Shown: piece after piece, positions 35,865 through 44,168 of the stretch
How positions within the stretch are numbered: the first letter of the stretch is position 1
How the letters are laid out: the number at the start of each line of letters is the position of its first letter
IMG/VR virus record: IMGVR_UViG_3300045988_125828
Location: 4,999-68,998 of that record
Reading direction: 5' to 3' (one strand)
Length of the DNA stretch: 64,000 bases
DNA from: a virus
Translations under genes and position numbers: made by a program
Notes under the pieces: generated by a model
Told to the model about the DNA's origin: nothing
Databases searched by the model: none
The model's input: the letters and a program-made list of their open reading frames with translations, nothing else

Positions 35865-36643
35865 AACAGCCCACGCAACAACAGATACAGGAGGCCAAAG
35901 ATTTTATAAGGCAGCGGATAAAGGCTGAATTATCCATGCAGAAGCATTTGGATGATCTTCTCTTGCAGGCCGCAAACGAGATCGTGGATACATCTTTGAA
36001 GTATAAGATAAAACCGTCCATGTTCCGTTTTTCCGCAAATGAAAAACTCGAAAGGGAGGTAGATGTTGTTATCGGAAAGTTGCGAGAGACGATTTACGAC
36101 TATACCGAAACACTTTCCGTTTATGACAGGAAAGAAGAAAGGGAGGCTATCATTGCTTTTATAAATAGGGAAGATCATGGAAAGACGCTTTCGGAGCGTA
36201 TTGATATTTATTGCAACCGCTTTAAGTATGAGATAGAGGCTGCTGTCGCCGCCGGGCTTATTGCCGGGCTAAGCCGAAACAAAATAAAGGACAGCATAAA
36301 GGAAAACCTTAAATCTCCGTATGATAGCTCCTATTTCAAAAAGGCCGTAGAATCCGGAGTGTCCGCAGCAACCCGCATTAATACAAATGGAATAAGTTAT
36401 GGAGTAGGGAAGTCCAACTCTTCCTATAACTCACTGAATACCCTTACCCGGTATGCTATCGGGTCCGCATGGATGTGGTTTAATGGAGTTCAGAAACAAA
36501 AAGAAGGAGCTATCGGTTTTTATTCATATAGAGGGAGCAGCTACCCATGCTCTTATTGTGATAGTATGGTCGGGTATCATCCTATATCCGACTATCAGAG
36601 CCAGTGGCATATAAGGTGCTGTTGTTATTTTGTATTTGTATAA
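35861..36643 (+). CDS. minor head protein (Mu F / SPP1 gp7-like)
   Basis: 260 aa following the portal gene. C-terminal Cys/His cluster YPCSYCDS...WHIRCCCY is typical of this family. Confidence 0.65.
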   Translation: MKQPTQQQIQEAKDFIRQRIKAELSMQKHLDDLLLQAANEIVDTSLKYKIKPSMFRFSANEKLEREVDVVIGKLRETIYDYTETLSVYDRKEEREAIIAFINREDHGKTLSERIDIYCNRFKYEIEAAVAAGLIAGLSRNKIKDSIKENLKSPYDSSYFKKAVESGVSAATRINTNGISYGVGKSNSSYNSLNTLTRYAIGSAWMWFNGVQKQKEGAIGFYSYRGSSYPCSYCDSMVGYHPISDYQSQWHIRCCCYFVFV

Positions 36644-37218
36644 TTAAAAGTTACAATAATATGTTGAGAGGTAAAGAGGAAAAAATTACATTCAGCAAAG
36701 GACTTGGGACCGAATGTAGAAAACTGGGAATCAGCGCAAAAGAAAAGGCTTTTGCAGACCTTTTAGCGCTGGGATGGAAAGATAAAGACGCTTATCTCAT
36801 CTCCGGCCTTTATAACCCTGTGTATAATTTAGAGATGAATAAGAAGAATATGAATGCCCTCCTTTCCCAGGATAAGGACTTCATGGATTATCTCACCTTT
36901 ATAAACAAGCGTGTCAATCGTAGACAGAAAGAGAGCGAGAGAGAGGAAGAGTTTTTGGTTGAAGGTGTCAGTGATGAAGATATTGCGTCTGAACTTTCAA
37001 AGGAAAACCAGCTTCGTAAGCTTATCGCCGCCCGTAAAAAGTACGATGGCAAAGAGGGCTGCAAGGAATGGATAGACCTTACCAAAATGATTGCAGATAT
37101 CACGCAGATTAAGAAAGACGAGATAAAAGAAGAAGATACTACCACTCATTTTTATCTTCCAATTTCATGCAATAATTGCTCCTTGTACCTTGCCGCTAAA
37201 AAGAAAGCCGGGAAATGA
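36604..37218 (+). CDS. possible terminase small subunit / DNA-binding protein
   Basis: From ATG 36661, ISAKEKAFADLLALGWKDKDAYLISG resembles the N-terminal HTH of small terminases. Charged coiled-coil middle. The position after the head genes is atypical. Confidence 0.35.
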   Translation: MAYKVLLLFCICIIKSYNNMLRGKEEKITFSKGLGTECRKLGISAKEKAFADLLALGWKDKDAYLISGLYNPVYNLEMNKKNMNALLSQDKDFMDYLTFINKRVNRRQKESEREEEFLVEGVSDEDIASELSKENQLRKLIAARKKYDGKEGCKEWIDLTKMIADITQIKKDEIKEEDTTTHFYLPISCNNCSLYLAAKKKAGK

Positions 37219-37254
37219 CACCCGGCTACTTCTTCCTTATACATAGGTTTGTGT

Positions 37255-37644
37255 TCAGTTTTTGTCTTTATCAGACGCTTCCTCCATCTCCTTTTTCATC
37301 TCATACATCTGCCTTTCCTCCTCAATAATCTTGGCGTCCTCCTCGTCAGAAATCGGCTTGGGGTCCGCGCGGTCAAGGGCATCCCCGACTGCCTTTATCA
37401 CATCCACCTGCAACTTCGCGTCAATACAATTCCCTACATACTGGGTATTACGCAGCATTAGCATAGGCAGGTTATCAACCCTGTCTTCTATCGGAACGCT
37501 ATCCAATAGTACAAACATTATGCTTCCCGCGCTATATTCGACCGAGAAGTCACCGCTTACCGTCGATGCCTTTATAAAAGGAACATCACCTTTCTTGTAT
37601 TTGAGAATAATCATATTCCCGACTTGTGTCTTTCCGAAATCCAT
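37255..37644 (-). CDS. hypothetical protein
   Basis: 129-aa ORF with an acidic C-terminus. The plus-strand ORF 37262-37783 is an antisense artefact. Confidence 0.55.
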   Translation of the reverse strand: MDFGKTQVGNMIILKYKKGDVPFIKASTVSGDFSVEYSAGSIMFVLLDSVPIEDRVDNLPMLMLRNTQYVGNCIDAKLQVDVIKAVGDALDRADPKPISDEEDAKIIEEERQMYEMKKEMEEASDKDKN

Positions 37645-37676
37645 AATCTTTTTGTGTTATATTTATTATTGCAAAT

Positions 37677-39284
37677 TTATTCTTCAACAAAATCATCACT
37701 CAGGAAATCATCATCCGAATATTCCCAGCCCTCAAACAGGTTCGTTTTCGCTTCTTCGGCAATATTGGGGACATGTCTCATAAAATTGTTCGCAATGTCC
37801 TCGTTCCCGCACCACAGATTATAAGAGTTGTTGTATCCCTTTTCCCTCACGTATCCGAGAGAAAGCATGTCGATGCCCAGCTTTCTTTGCGACATAGGGA
37901 CAATCCCGTTCTTCTTGCAGAATCGTTCATAGTTCTTGTATATCTCCGATGATGTGAAATTGATAACGCCGCTTCCTTCAAATTCTTCGGGCTGGCACTC
38001 CTTGTATTTGAGGTATTCCGATATGCTTCCGTCCACAAGCTTGCCGTCCCGTCCTATGACCGTAGAGCGTATCCTCTCCAGCTTCATGTCTATCTTTCCT
38101 CCGAGATTCTCCGGCATCCTCCAGTTGTTTTTCTTTAGCTCGCAAAGACCTTTGACTATCCAAGCCATTATGCCGGCATGTTCCGATTTGAGCCTTTCCG
38201 CGAGCATGGTATCCCTTTTCTCTACGGGGATAGTCTTGTCGAAATTAAGCACGAGCGCCCGTCTCTGCATACTCTCATCATCCGGGTCCTCCCGGTTAAG
38301 AAAGTCCTTTGGCTGCCAACGGTAGTTAGAGTTACACAGCATGATAGGCGGTCTTTGCATCATCGTTATATTGCCGCCTATTCCCCGGCAGGCAATAGGT
38401 TCCCCGCTGGAGATAGCCTTTATGATGCTCATATCCTTAAAATCACCCCGGTTGCTCTCCGTACAGTACATAAGCCTCTTCCCGGACATGGAATACGCAG
38501 CACGAAGCTGTTCATCACCTCTGCTGGCAAACTGGCTCATCTTGATATTAAGTATCTCGTCCTCTCCGAACATGTCCTTAAGCACCCGGTAGATAACACT
38601 CTTCCCGTTTGCTCCCGTACCTTGCAATATCAGGAAATACTCAAAGCTTATATTACGTCTGTTGACAAGACAGGCTCCAAGAAACATCTGTAATATTCTC
38701 CGCTTGTGTTTTTCAGGAAGAACACCGTCCATATCGTCCGTAGGCATCCAGTTCTCTCCGAGGAAACTTCTCCATATAGGACAGTTGAATATCTCCTTGC
38801 GGTCATACTTGAACGGATACATCTTCACACAATCAAAGCGAGGAGAGTGGGGATAGGTCTTTAGCCGGTTCATGTCAACGACACAGTTAGTGAAGCACAT
38901 AATACTAAGGTCGGGACGAAGCTCATGATCCCGGATAACATTGATTATGCGGTTCATATAGGCATACATGGCCTTATTGGTACGGTCACGAGCTGCAACA
39001 CCCATCTTCTCAAGCCACCTGTCTACGGCATCATACAGGACATTGTAATCCATGAACTCATAAATCTTACCCGTAAAAACATACAAGGAGCTATAATGAG
39101 AGGTGTTATCCCTCGTCAAGACACCATAACCCTCCCTGAATAACTCCTCAAGACGTCTGCCGTATCTGTCTGTGCGCTCAGGATTGCTTGTAACCAAAGA
39201 TATATCCCTGAACGTAGCCGCATATTCATCGCAATGTTCGGATAATAATCCAAGTACGTAATCCTTTAAATCCTTCCTATCCAT
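37677..39284 (-). CDS. primase-helicase (D5/P4-family NTPase)
   Basis: 535 aa. Walker A LQGTGANGKSV, with downstream acidic Walker B region and the layout of P4/D5-type primase-helicase C-terminal domains. Confidence 0.75.
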   Translation of the reverse strand: MDRKDLKDYVLGLLSEHCDEYAATFRDISLVTSNPERTDRYGRRLEELFREGYGVLTRDNTSHYSSLYVFTGKIYEFMDYNVLYDAVDRWLEKMGVAARDRTNKAMYAYMNRIINVIRDHELRPDLSIMCFTNCVVDMNRLKTYPHSPRFDCVKMYPFKYDRKEIFNCPIWRSFLGENWMPTDDMDGVLPEKHKRRILQMFLGACLVNRRNISFEYFLILQGTGANGKSVIYRVLKDMFGEDEILNIKMSQFASRGDEQLRAAYSMSGKRLMYCTESNRGDFKDMSIIKAISSGEPIACRGIGGNITMMQRPPIMLCNSNYRWQPKDFLNREDPDDESMQRRALVLNFDKTIPVEKRDTMLAERLKSEHAGIMAWIVKGLCELKKNNWRMPENLGGKIDMKLERIRSTVIGRDGKLVDGSISEYLKYKECQPEEFEGSGVINFTSSEIYKNYERFCKKNGIVPMSQRKLGIDMLSLGYVREKGYNNSYNLWCGNEDIANNFMRHVPNIAEEAKTNLFEGWEYSDDDFLSDDFVEE

Positions 39285-39473
39285 ATTTATTATATAACGT
39301 TTTTATAAGCATACCATAAAGAACATAACGGAACTGGGATTAGGTCTCATTCTTAAAAATAACATCTTCTCTTCTCTCTTTTGAGGGTTAAAAATATATA
39401 TATATGTTCTTTATCATCATTATGCAAATATACAACTACTTGATAATAAAACAAGTAATTTTCTAAAAAATAG

Positions 39474-39497
39474 GGGTAAAATTTAGAAAATAGGTGA
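39474..39497 (+). promoter_or_regulatory. copy of the conserved GGGTAAAATTTAGAAAATAGrTGA motif
   Basis: 23 of 24 nt identical to 31535-31558. A related TCTAAAAAATAGG lies just upstream. Confidence 0.45.
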
Positions 39498-39644
39498 TTT
39501 TTTAGAGAATAACGGGAGTTATTGAAAAAATACGGCTTTTTTTGAATGTAAAACATCTTTACAAATGAGGGAAATTGGACGAAAAATGGGGGAAAATAAA
39601 AATTTTTAGGGGTGGTGATTGCATCCGATATTCTTACATATAAT

Positions 39645-39925
39645 AGGGGTGGGGTGGGGTGTTTTCTACGTGGTTGTGTATGGTGTATTGTTGATTATCA
39701 ATGTGTTATAGTTTATATTATTGCTATAATATAAAGTTGTAATATCATTACAAAAGAGGATAATTTCCCGAATATCACAAAAGCTCCAAAATGGACGTAA
39801 TTCATTGATTGTCAACCAAATACCACAATATCATTAATCTACAACTACAACATAACCATATAATCACCTATTAATCAATGAGTTATGCATATATTTCAAA
39901 TCTCCCTATACCCCCGTACCCCTGT
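39645..39925. other. origin-like AT-rich region with large imperfect inverted symmetry
   Basis: G-tract arm TAGGGGTGGGGTGGGGTG (left) faces C-tract arm CCCCCGTACCCCT (right). GT-rich 39671-39704 is roughly the reverse complement of AC-rich 39802-39835. Sits next to the primase-helicase gene. About 1.1 kb has no credible ORF. Confidence 0.35.
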
Positions 39926-40202
39926 TATAAATAATATCTATAAATTAATTATCAGCAATAGATAAAATCTATTATAAGGCTATGCTTGTTGATCCAGTTA
40001 TTATATACTTATACGTTCGTATGCTATAATGTCCCTATATACCCTATTATTTAGTATTATATACTTACATTTGTATATGTGTATTATTATGTTTGTATAT
40101 TGCTGTAAATCAGTGTATTATAACGTTATATTTAATGCTATAAAACATACTTATTTTATTGAAATATTTTGCTATTTTCTTTGCCGTTCCAAATATAATT
40201 CG

Positions 40203-40420
40203 TATATTTGTAATGTAAGAAAGAGGTAAACATAAAGCCTTTAATCTTATAAGCGTTGTTTATATGATGAGATATAAAAGAACCTGCTAACACTGGGAAT
40301 GCTAACAGGTTCAAAGAAGGGAATAACTTAGATAAGTACCCCCCCCAACAGGAAAGGCAAAGGTACTTATCTTGGTTTAAACTTCCAAATTATCCGCTTA
40401 TAAAATTTAGACGCTGTAAT
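40203..40420 (+). promoter_or_regulatory. promoter plus structured 5' leader (L5)
   Basis: TATATTTG 40203-40210. TTATAAGCG 40247-40255 pairs with CGCTTATAA 40395-40403. Inner 11-bp hairpin AGATAAGTACC/GGTACTTATCT (40330-40372) has a C8 run in its loop. Confidence 0.4.
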
Positions 40421-40424
40421 AAAG

Positions 40425-40850
40425 TTGAATTATAAACATTTAAATATTACAGTTATGAAGACATTAGAAAGTATCTTTTCAGAGATTAAAGAAGCTGGTG
40501 TAATCACTAAGAGACAAATACAGTTGCTGAAAAGCCGTTCCAACAGACAACAAAAGGATGTTATAGATTACGCTTGGTTAGAAAGTATCGGAGATGGTTA
40601 CGGTATTCCGTTGACGGAGGAACAAGGCATACAGGGGTTGAACTGGTTAAAGAATTTCATCAAGAAGAACGGAGAAAGTAACGTTCTTGGATATAGAGAG
40701 CTTAATATAATTAATAGTGCTTCTCCTTGTGATTTTGTTTTCAAAGGGTTTTACGATGCCGGTAACGGCTGGGTTAGAATTTTTCTCCCTATCTACCAGC
40801 TTAACGGAATGGAATATATTCCCATGAAAGAACCTTATATCATAGGATAA
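40425..40850 (+). CDS. hypothetical protein
   Basis: 141-aa ORF. ATG at 40455 (MKTLESIF) is the likely start. Confidence 0.55.
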   Translation: MNYKHLNITVMKTLESIFSEIKEAGVITKRQIQLLKSRSNRQQKDVIDYAWLESIGDGYGIPLTEEQGIQGLNWLKNFIKKNGESNVLGYRELNIINSASPCDFVFKGFYDAGNGWVRIFLPIYQLNGMEYIPMKEPYIIG

Positions 40851-40911
40851 TAATAGGGATAACAAGTACCACTCTATCAAAACCATTTATTCACACTAAA
40901 AAAACAATGTT

Positions 40912-41631
40912 ATGAAGACAAATATACTTTCTTATACAGCATCGAAAAACTACGTAGAAAACGGAACTACTTACAGAATTGACGTGAAAATACAACTTAC
41001 AGACGAATGCAAGAACGGCGTATGCCATTGGAGTATAACGGCGGACATATACGGAAAGAGGCAAAACGGGCGTTTCGTTTGGTGCTCTGGCGGTTGCTGC
41101 CACAATGAGATATCAAAGCATTTCCCGGAATTTTCAAAGTTCGTAGCCCTTCATTTGTCCGACTGTTACGGCGCGCCTCTTTATGCGGTTGAAAACGGTT
41201 ACTATCACATGAAGAACAGCAGCAAAGAAACTGTTATTGACTATTTACGCGTAACAGAAGAAGAATATAACGTGCTACATAATGCATATGATGAAAATCA
41301 CTTCAAATACTTGCTTTATTCGATTGGAGTTGTTAGCAGATGGAACGAAGAAGCGAAAGCGGCTATTAAAGAACTGGAAGCGTTAACGGGTAATGAGTGG
41401 GTAAACCCTTACGAATACGACAAGGAGCGCAAACACATAGAGGCTTTCACAGATGAAGAAGCCGCCGAATTTAACGAAAGAATAGAATCAGGTTATTATA
41501 CACCTGAAGCAATACAGGCGCGCAAGAAAGCAGAATCGCGCAGGGCATACGAGGTTAAACGCGCGGAAATTATTTCAGACTATGAAAAGAAGGTTTCAAG
41601 GCTGGAAGAAGGAAAAACGGTTAAACTATAA
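40912..41631 (+). CDS. hypothetical protein (Cys-cluster N-domain, charged C-terminal helix)
   Basis: 239 aa. Contains CKNGVCHW...WCSGGCCHNE. Confidence 0.6.
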   Translation: MKTNILSYTASKNYVENGTTYRIDVKIQLTDECKNGVCHWSITADIYGKRQNGRFVWCSGGCCHNEISKHFPEFSKFVALHLSDCYGAPLYAVENGYYHMKNSSKETVIDYLRVTEEEYNVLHNAYDENHFKYLLYSIGVVSRWNEEAKAAIKELEALTGNEWVNPYEYDKERKHIEAFTDEEAAEFNERIESGYYTPEAIQARKKAESRRAYEVKRAEIISDYEKKVSRLEEGKTVKL

Positions 41632-41753
41632 TGTTTGCACCGGGAAACCGTCCGATTCGGAGTGCATTTCATGGAGTTATGAAAATCTGGATGACGCGAT
41701 AGTAACCGCTACGGAGTTTTTTAACAATTACACTAATATAAAATTTTAAAGAC

Positions 41754-41957
41754 ATGAGAACAAAAACACAGCTTTCAAATTTTAACTTCCAGTTTTCCGG
41801 ATACGGGCATTATAGAGTATCTTATACAAGTCCGGCAACCGGCAAGCAATGGAGTACGGTAATTGATGATATGACATTGATAGACTCTACCAGGAATGCG
41901 GACGAGCCGAAACGGAAAGATTTGGAAGCGTTGAAACGATTATGTAAGGATAATTAA
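41754..41957 (+). CDS. hypothetical protein
   Basis: 67-aa ORF (FQFSGYGHYRVSYTSPATGKQW). Confidence 0.5.
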   Translation: MRTKTQLSNFNFQFSGYGHYRVSYTSPATGKQWSTVIDDMTLIDSTRNADEPKRKDLEALKRLCKDN

Positions 41958-41970
41958 AAGACATACGATT

Positions 41971-42267
41971 ATGGCAAAGACATTAAAGCAGTTAAGCGAT
42001 CAGCGAGAGAGATTTAATAAGCTGTGGAAATATGCGAGCAATAACACAAGGCGGCTTGCGAAAAAGGTTTGGACAATGAGATATCAAGAAGTTCATAAAA
42101 CTTGTGATTGCGGGCAATATTCGAATAATATGCCCGGCGGATTCTTCCCTGATTACGCAGTACATTACGCTGCTAAGATTAACGGAGGGAAAGCAACGGA
42201 ATATTACGACGGCTTTAAGCTTGATAAAATTGCATCCGACATATTTAATAGGGTGGCAATGTTTTAA
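41971..42267 (+). CDS. hypothetical protein
   Basis: 98-aa ORF. Confidence 0.5.
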   Translation: MAKTLKQLSDQRERFNKLWKYASNNTRRLAKKVWTMRYQEVHKTCDCGQYSNNMPGGFFPDYAVHYAAKINGGKATEYYDGFKLDKIASDIFNRVAMF

Positions 42268-42295
42268 TTGATTTTCAAATTAAAAACAAAAGATT

Positions 42296-42499
42296 ATGAA
42301 AAAGATTACTCTGTTTGTAAAAGAGATAGGATCCGTCAACCGTTATTCCCTGTTAGGGAGGCTGAAAAGTGACTGTGAATACTTTTTAGGCTACGGAAAC
42401 CGTTTTGAAAGATGCCTCTGGGCCGGGAATGTATCGGAGCATATATGGTGCATGAAAGTATTATACTACTTACTGCCTATTAACGGAAAGCCCGACTAG
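42296..42499 (+). CDS. small protein resembling a polyvalent-protein-associated domain of Bacteroides conjugative elements (from memory)
   Basis: LLGRLKSDCEYFLGYGNRFERCLWAGNVSEHIWCMKVLYYLLP..GKPD, then TAG. The same frame continues LSMADILNYEKQMKSSI. Confidence 0.45.
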   Translation: MKKITLFVKEIGSVNRYSLLGRLKSDCEYFLGYGNRFERCLWAGNVSEHIWCMKVLYYLLPINGKPD

Positions 42500-42587
42500 T
42501 TATCAATGGCAGATATATTGAATTACGAAAAGCAAATGAAAAGCAGTATTTAATAAACGAATAGTTTAAAATAAGGAGGAGTAGACT

Positions 42588-42728
42588 ATGTATTTAGGCT
42601 TTATACTTTGGGCGATAATTTTAGTTGTGATCGTGTGGAATACTAACCCGGCACTGGTTATTATATCCGCTGTGATAGGGGTTGTGTTTGCGATTGCAAA
42701 AACAACAGATAATAAACCAAAAGAGTGA
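42588..42728 (+). CDS. micro membrane protein (46 aa)
   Basis: MYLGFILWAIILVVIVWNTNPALVIISAVIGVVFAIAKTTDNKPKE. Preceded by AAGGAGGA. The stop lies 1 nt before the recombinase ATG. Confidence 0.35.
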   Translation: MYLGFILWAIILVVIVWNTNPALVIISAVIGVVFAIAKTTDNKPKE

Positions 42729-43572
42729 TATGGAAACATTAAAGGACGTTTTTTTGAAAAAATACCCGCAATACGGAAAGGTGCTGCGGGTATATGAAGA
42801 GGTTAACGAAACGGAGTGCACCTTCGAGAGTATTACAAAACCAAGGTTGTACAACTTTGTTCAGGCTCTTAATGACAGGCTGGCAACAAACAGTGCTAAA
42901 ACCTATTGCGCTATGTTTAAATCGGTTCTTAACCTGTACAGCGATATGTATTCTTTCCCGAAAGGCTTTGAAGCTATATTAACCCTGAAGAAGGACGCAA
43001 CGCAAAGTACATGGTTAACGGATGAAGAGATCAAAAAACTACTCTCATACGATCCGGTTAATGATACAGAACGGATAGTGAAAAACTGTTTTCTTCTCGG
43101 TTGCCTGACAGGTGCAAGACATTCGGACTACGTATGTTTTACAGAGGACAATATAATAGACGGACGACTGGTTTATATTTCCCAAAAAACGAAAACGAAA
43201 GCGGAAATTCCGGCGGCTCCGGCTGTGTTACGGATATTAGAGGAAAACAAAAGATACGACATTAGCCAACGTAAGCTGTCTGATGTGACATTTAATGATA
43301 CGATAAGGAGTATATGCCGGAAGTGTGGAATAAACCAACGAATAAAACTGTATCAGGCGGGCGAATATGCAACCGGGGAAAAGTGGGAGTTTATTTCCTC
43401 GCATTCAGCGCGGAAGTCTTGCGCAACAAACTTATATCTAAGGGGAGCGGATCTGTATTCTATCAGCCGGATGTTAGGACACTCCAGTGTAACCATGACA
43501 GAAACGTATATTTGTTGCGGGCTGCGTGAATTGTCAGATAAGATAATGAGCTATTTCAACGGGTTTAAATAA
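42682..43572 (+). CDS. tyrosine recombinase (short, no arm-binding domain)
   Basis: GARHSD, HSARKSCATNLY and LGHSSVTMTETY give the R..H-x-x-R..H..Y catalytic set. ATG 42730 (METLKD) is the likely start. Confidence 0.85.
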   Translation: MCLRLQKQQIINQKSDMETLKDVFLKKYPQYGKVLRVYEEVNETECTFESITKPRLYNFVQALNDRLATNSAKTYCAMFKSVLNLYSDMYSFPKGFEAILTLKKDATQSTWLTDEEIKKLLSYDPVNDTERIVKNCFLLGCLTGARHSDYVCFTEDNIIDGRLVYISQKTKTKAEIPAAPAVLRILEENKRYDISQRKLSDVTFNDTIRSICRKCGINQRIKLYQAGEYATGEKWEFISSHSARKSCATNLYLRGADLYSISRMLGHSSVTMTETYICCGLRELSDKIMSYFNGFK

Positions 43573-43625
43573 TATGCTTTAAAACATACTGTATAAGATG
43601 AATTAAAGAGAGATAAACGGTATTT

Positions 43626-43853
43626 TTGCAAACAATTTTAAAAAAAAAGGTTATGAAAACTTACGATGTACACTTCAACGACGCTAACGACTCTAATAGC
43701 AAAGGGTTTAATGAATCATTTGAGTACTGCAAAAATTATATAGAAACCTATAACGGTACCAATGAATCCTATTTCGAGGACTACAAGGGAGGAATCGTAT
43801 CGATCGTGTGTAATGAAACCGGAGAAGAGGTTTATTCGGAGGATATAAGATAG
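43626..43853 (+). CDS. hypothetical protein
   Basis: From ATG 43653 (MKTYDVHF). TATTTTTG -7-like box upstream. Confidence 0.45.
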   Translation: MQTILKKKVMKTYDVHFNDANDSNSKGFNESFEYCKNYIETYNGTNESYFEDYKGGIVSIVCNETGEEVYSEDIR

Positions 43854-43905
43854 AATAGAGCAAGAAAGTAGATACGCATACGACGAGGAAAGCGTAAAAC
43901 ATATT

Positions 43906-44097
43906 GTGCACTGGGCTTTGACTGCCCAACTGCCTGCGCAAATCCAGTTGAGCGAATCGGAGAGCATATTTGATGTTAAGAAGTACATACAGGCGAACAT
44001 AAACGACATAAACCAACATTTTCCGGATCCATTTTACAACCCGGCAATTGATAGGCTGTACAGGTTGAAGGAATTTTCGGAGAAATCGCAATTTTGA
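43906..44097 (+). CDS. hypothetical protein
   Basis: 63-aa ORF with balanced composition. The overlapping minus-strand ORFs look spurious. Confidence 0.35.
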   Translation: MHWALTAQLPAQIQLSESESIFDVKKYIQANINDINQHFPDPFYNPAIDRLYRLKEFSEKSQF

Positions 44098-44168
44098 AAC
44101 GAACATTTACACACAGCCCGGCGAACGATTTTAGATCCTTATTAAACTTGTTCCTCCGGGCTGTTGAA

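Noticed and set aside
39353-40229. ORFs 39353-39556 (-) and 40029-40229 (+) in the AT-rich desert
   Set aside because: Their Phe/Tyr/Asn/Ile-rich translations are typical of random AT-rich sequence, and there are no neighbouring genes in operon context.
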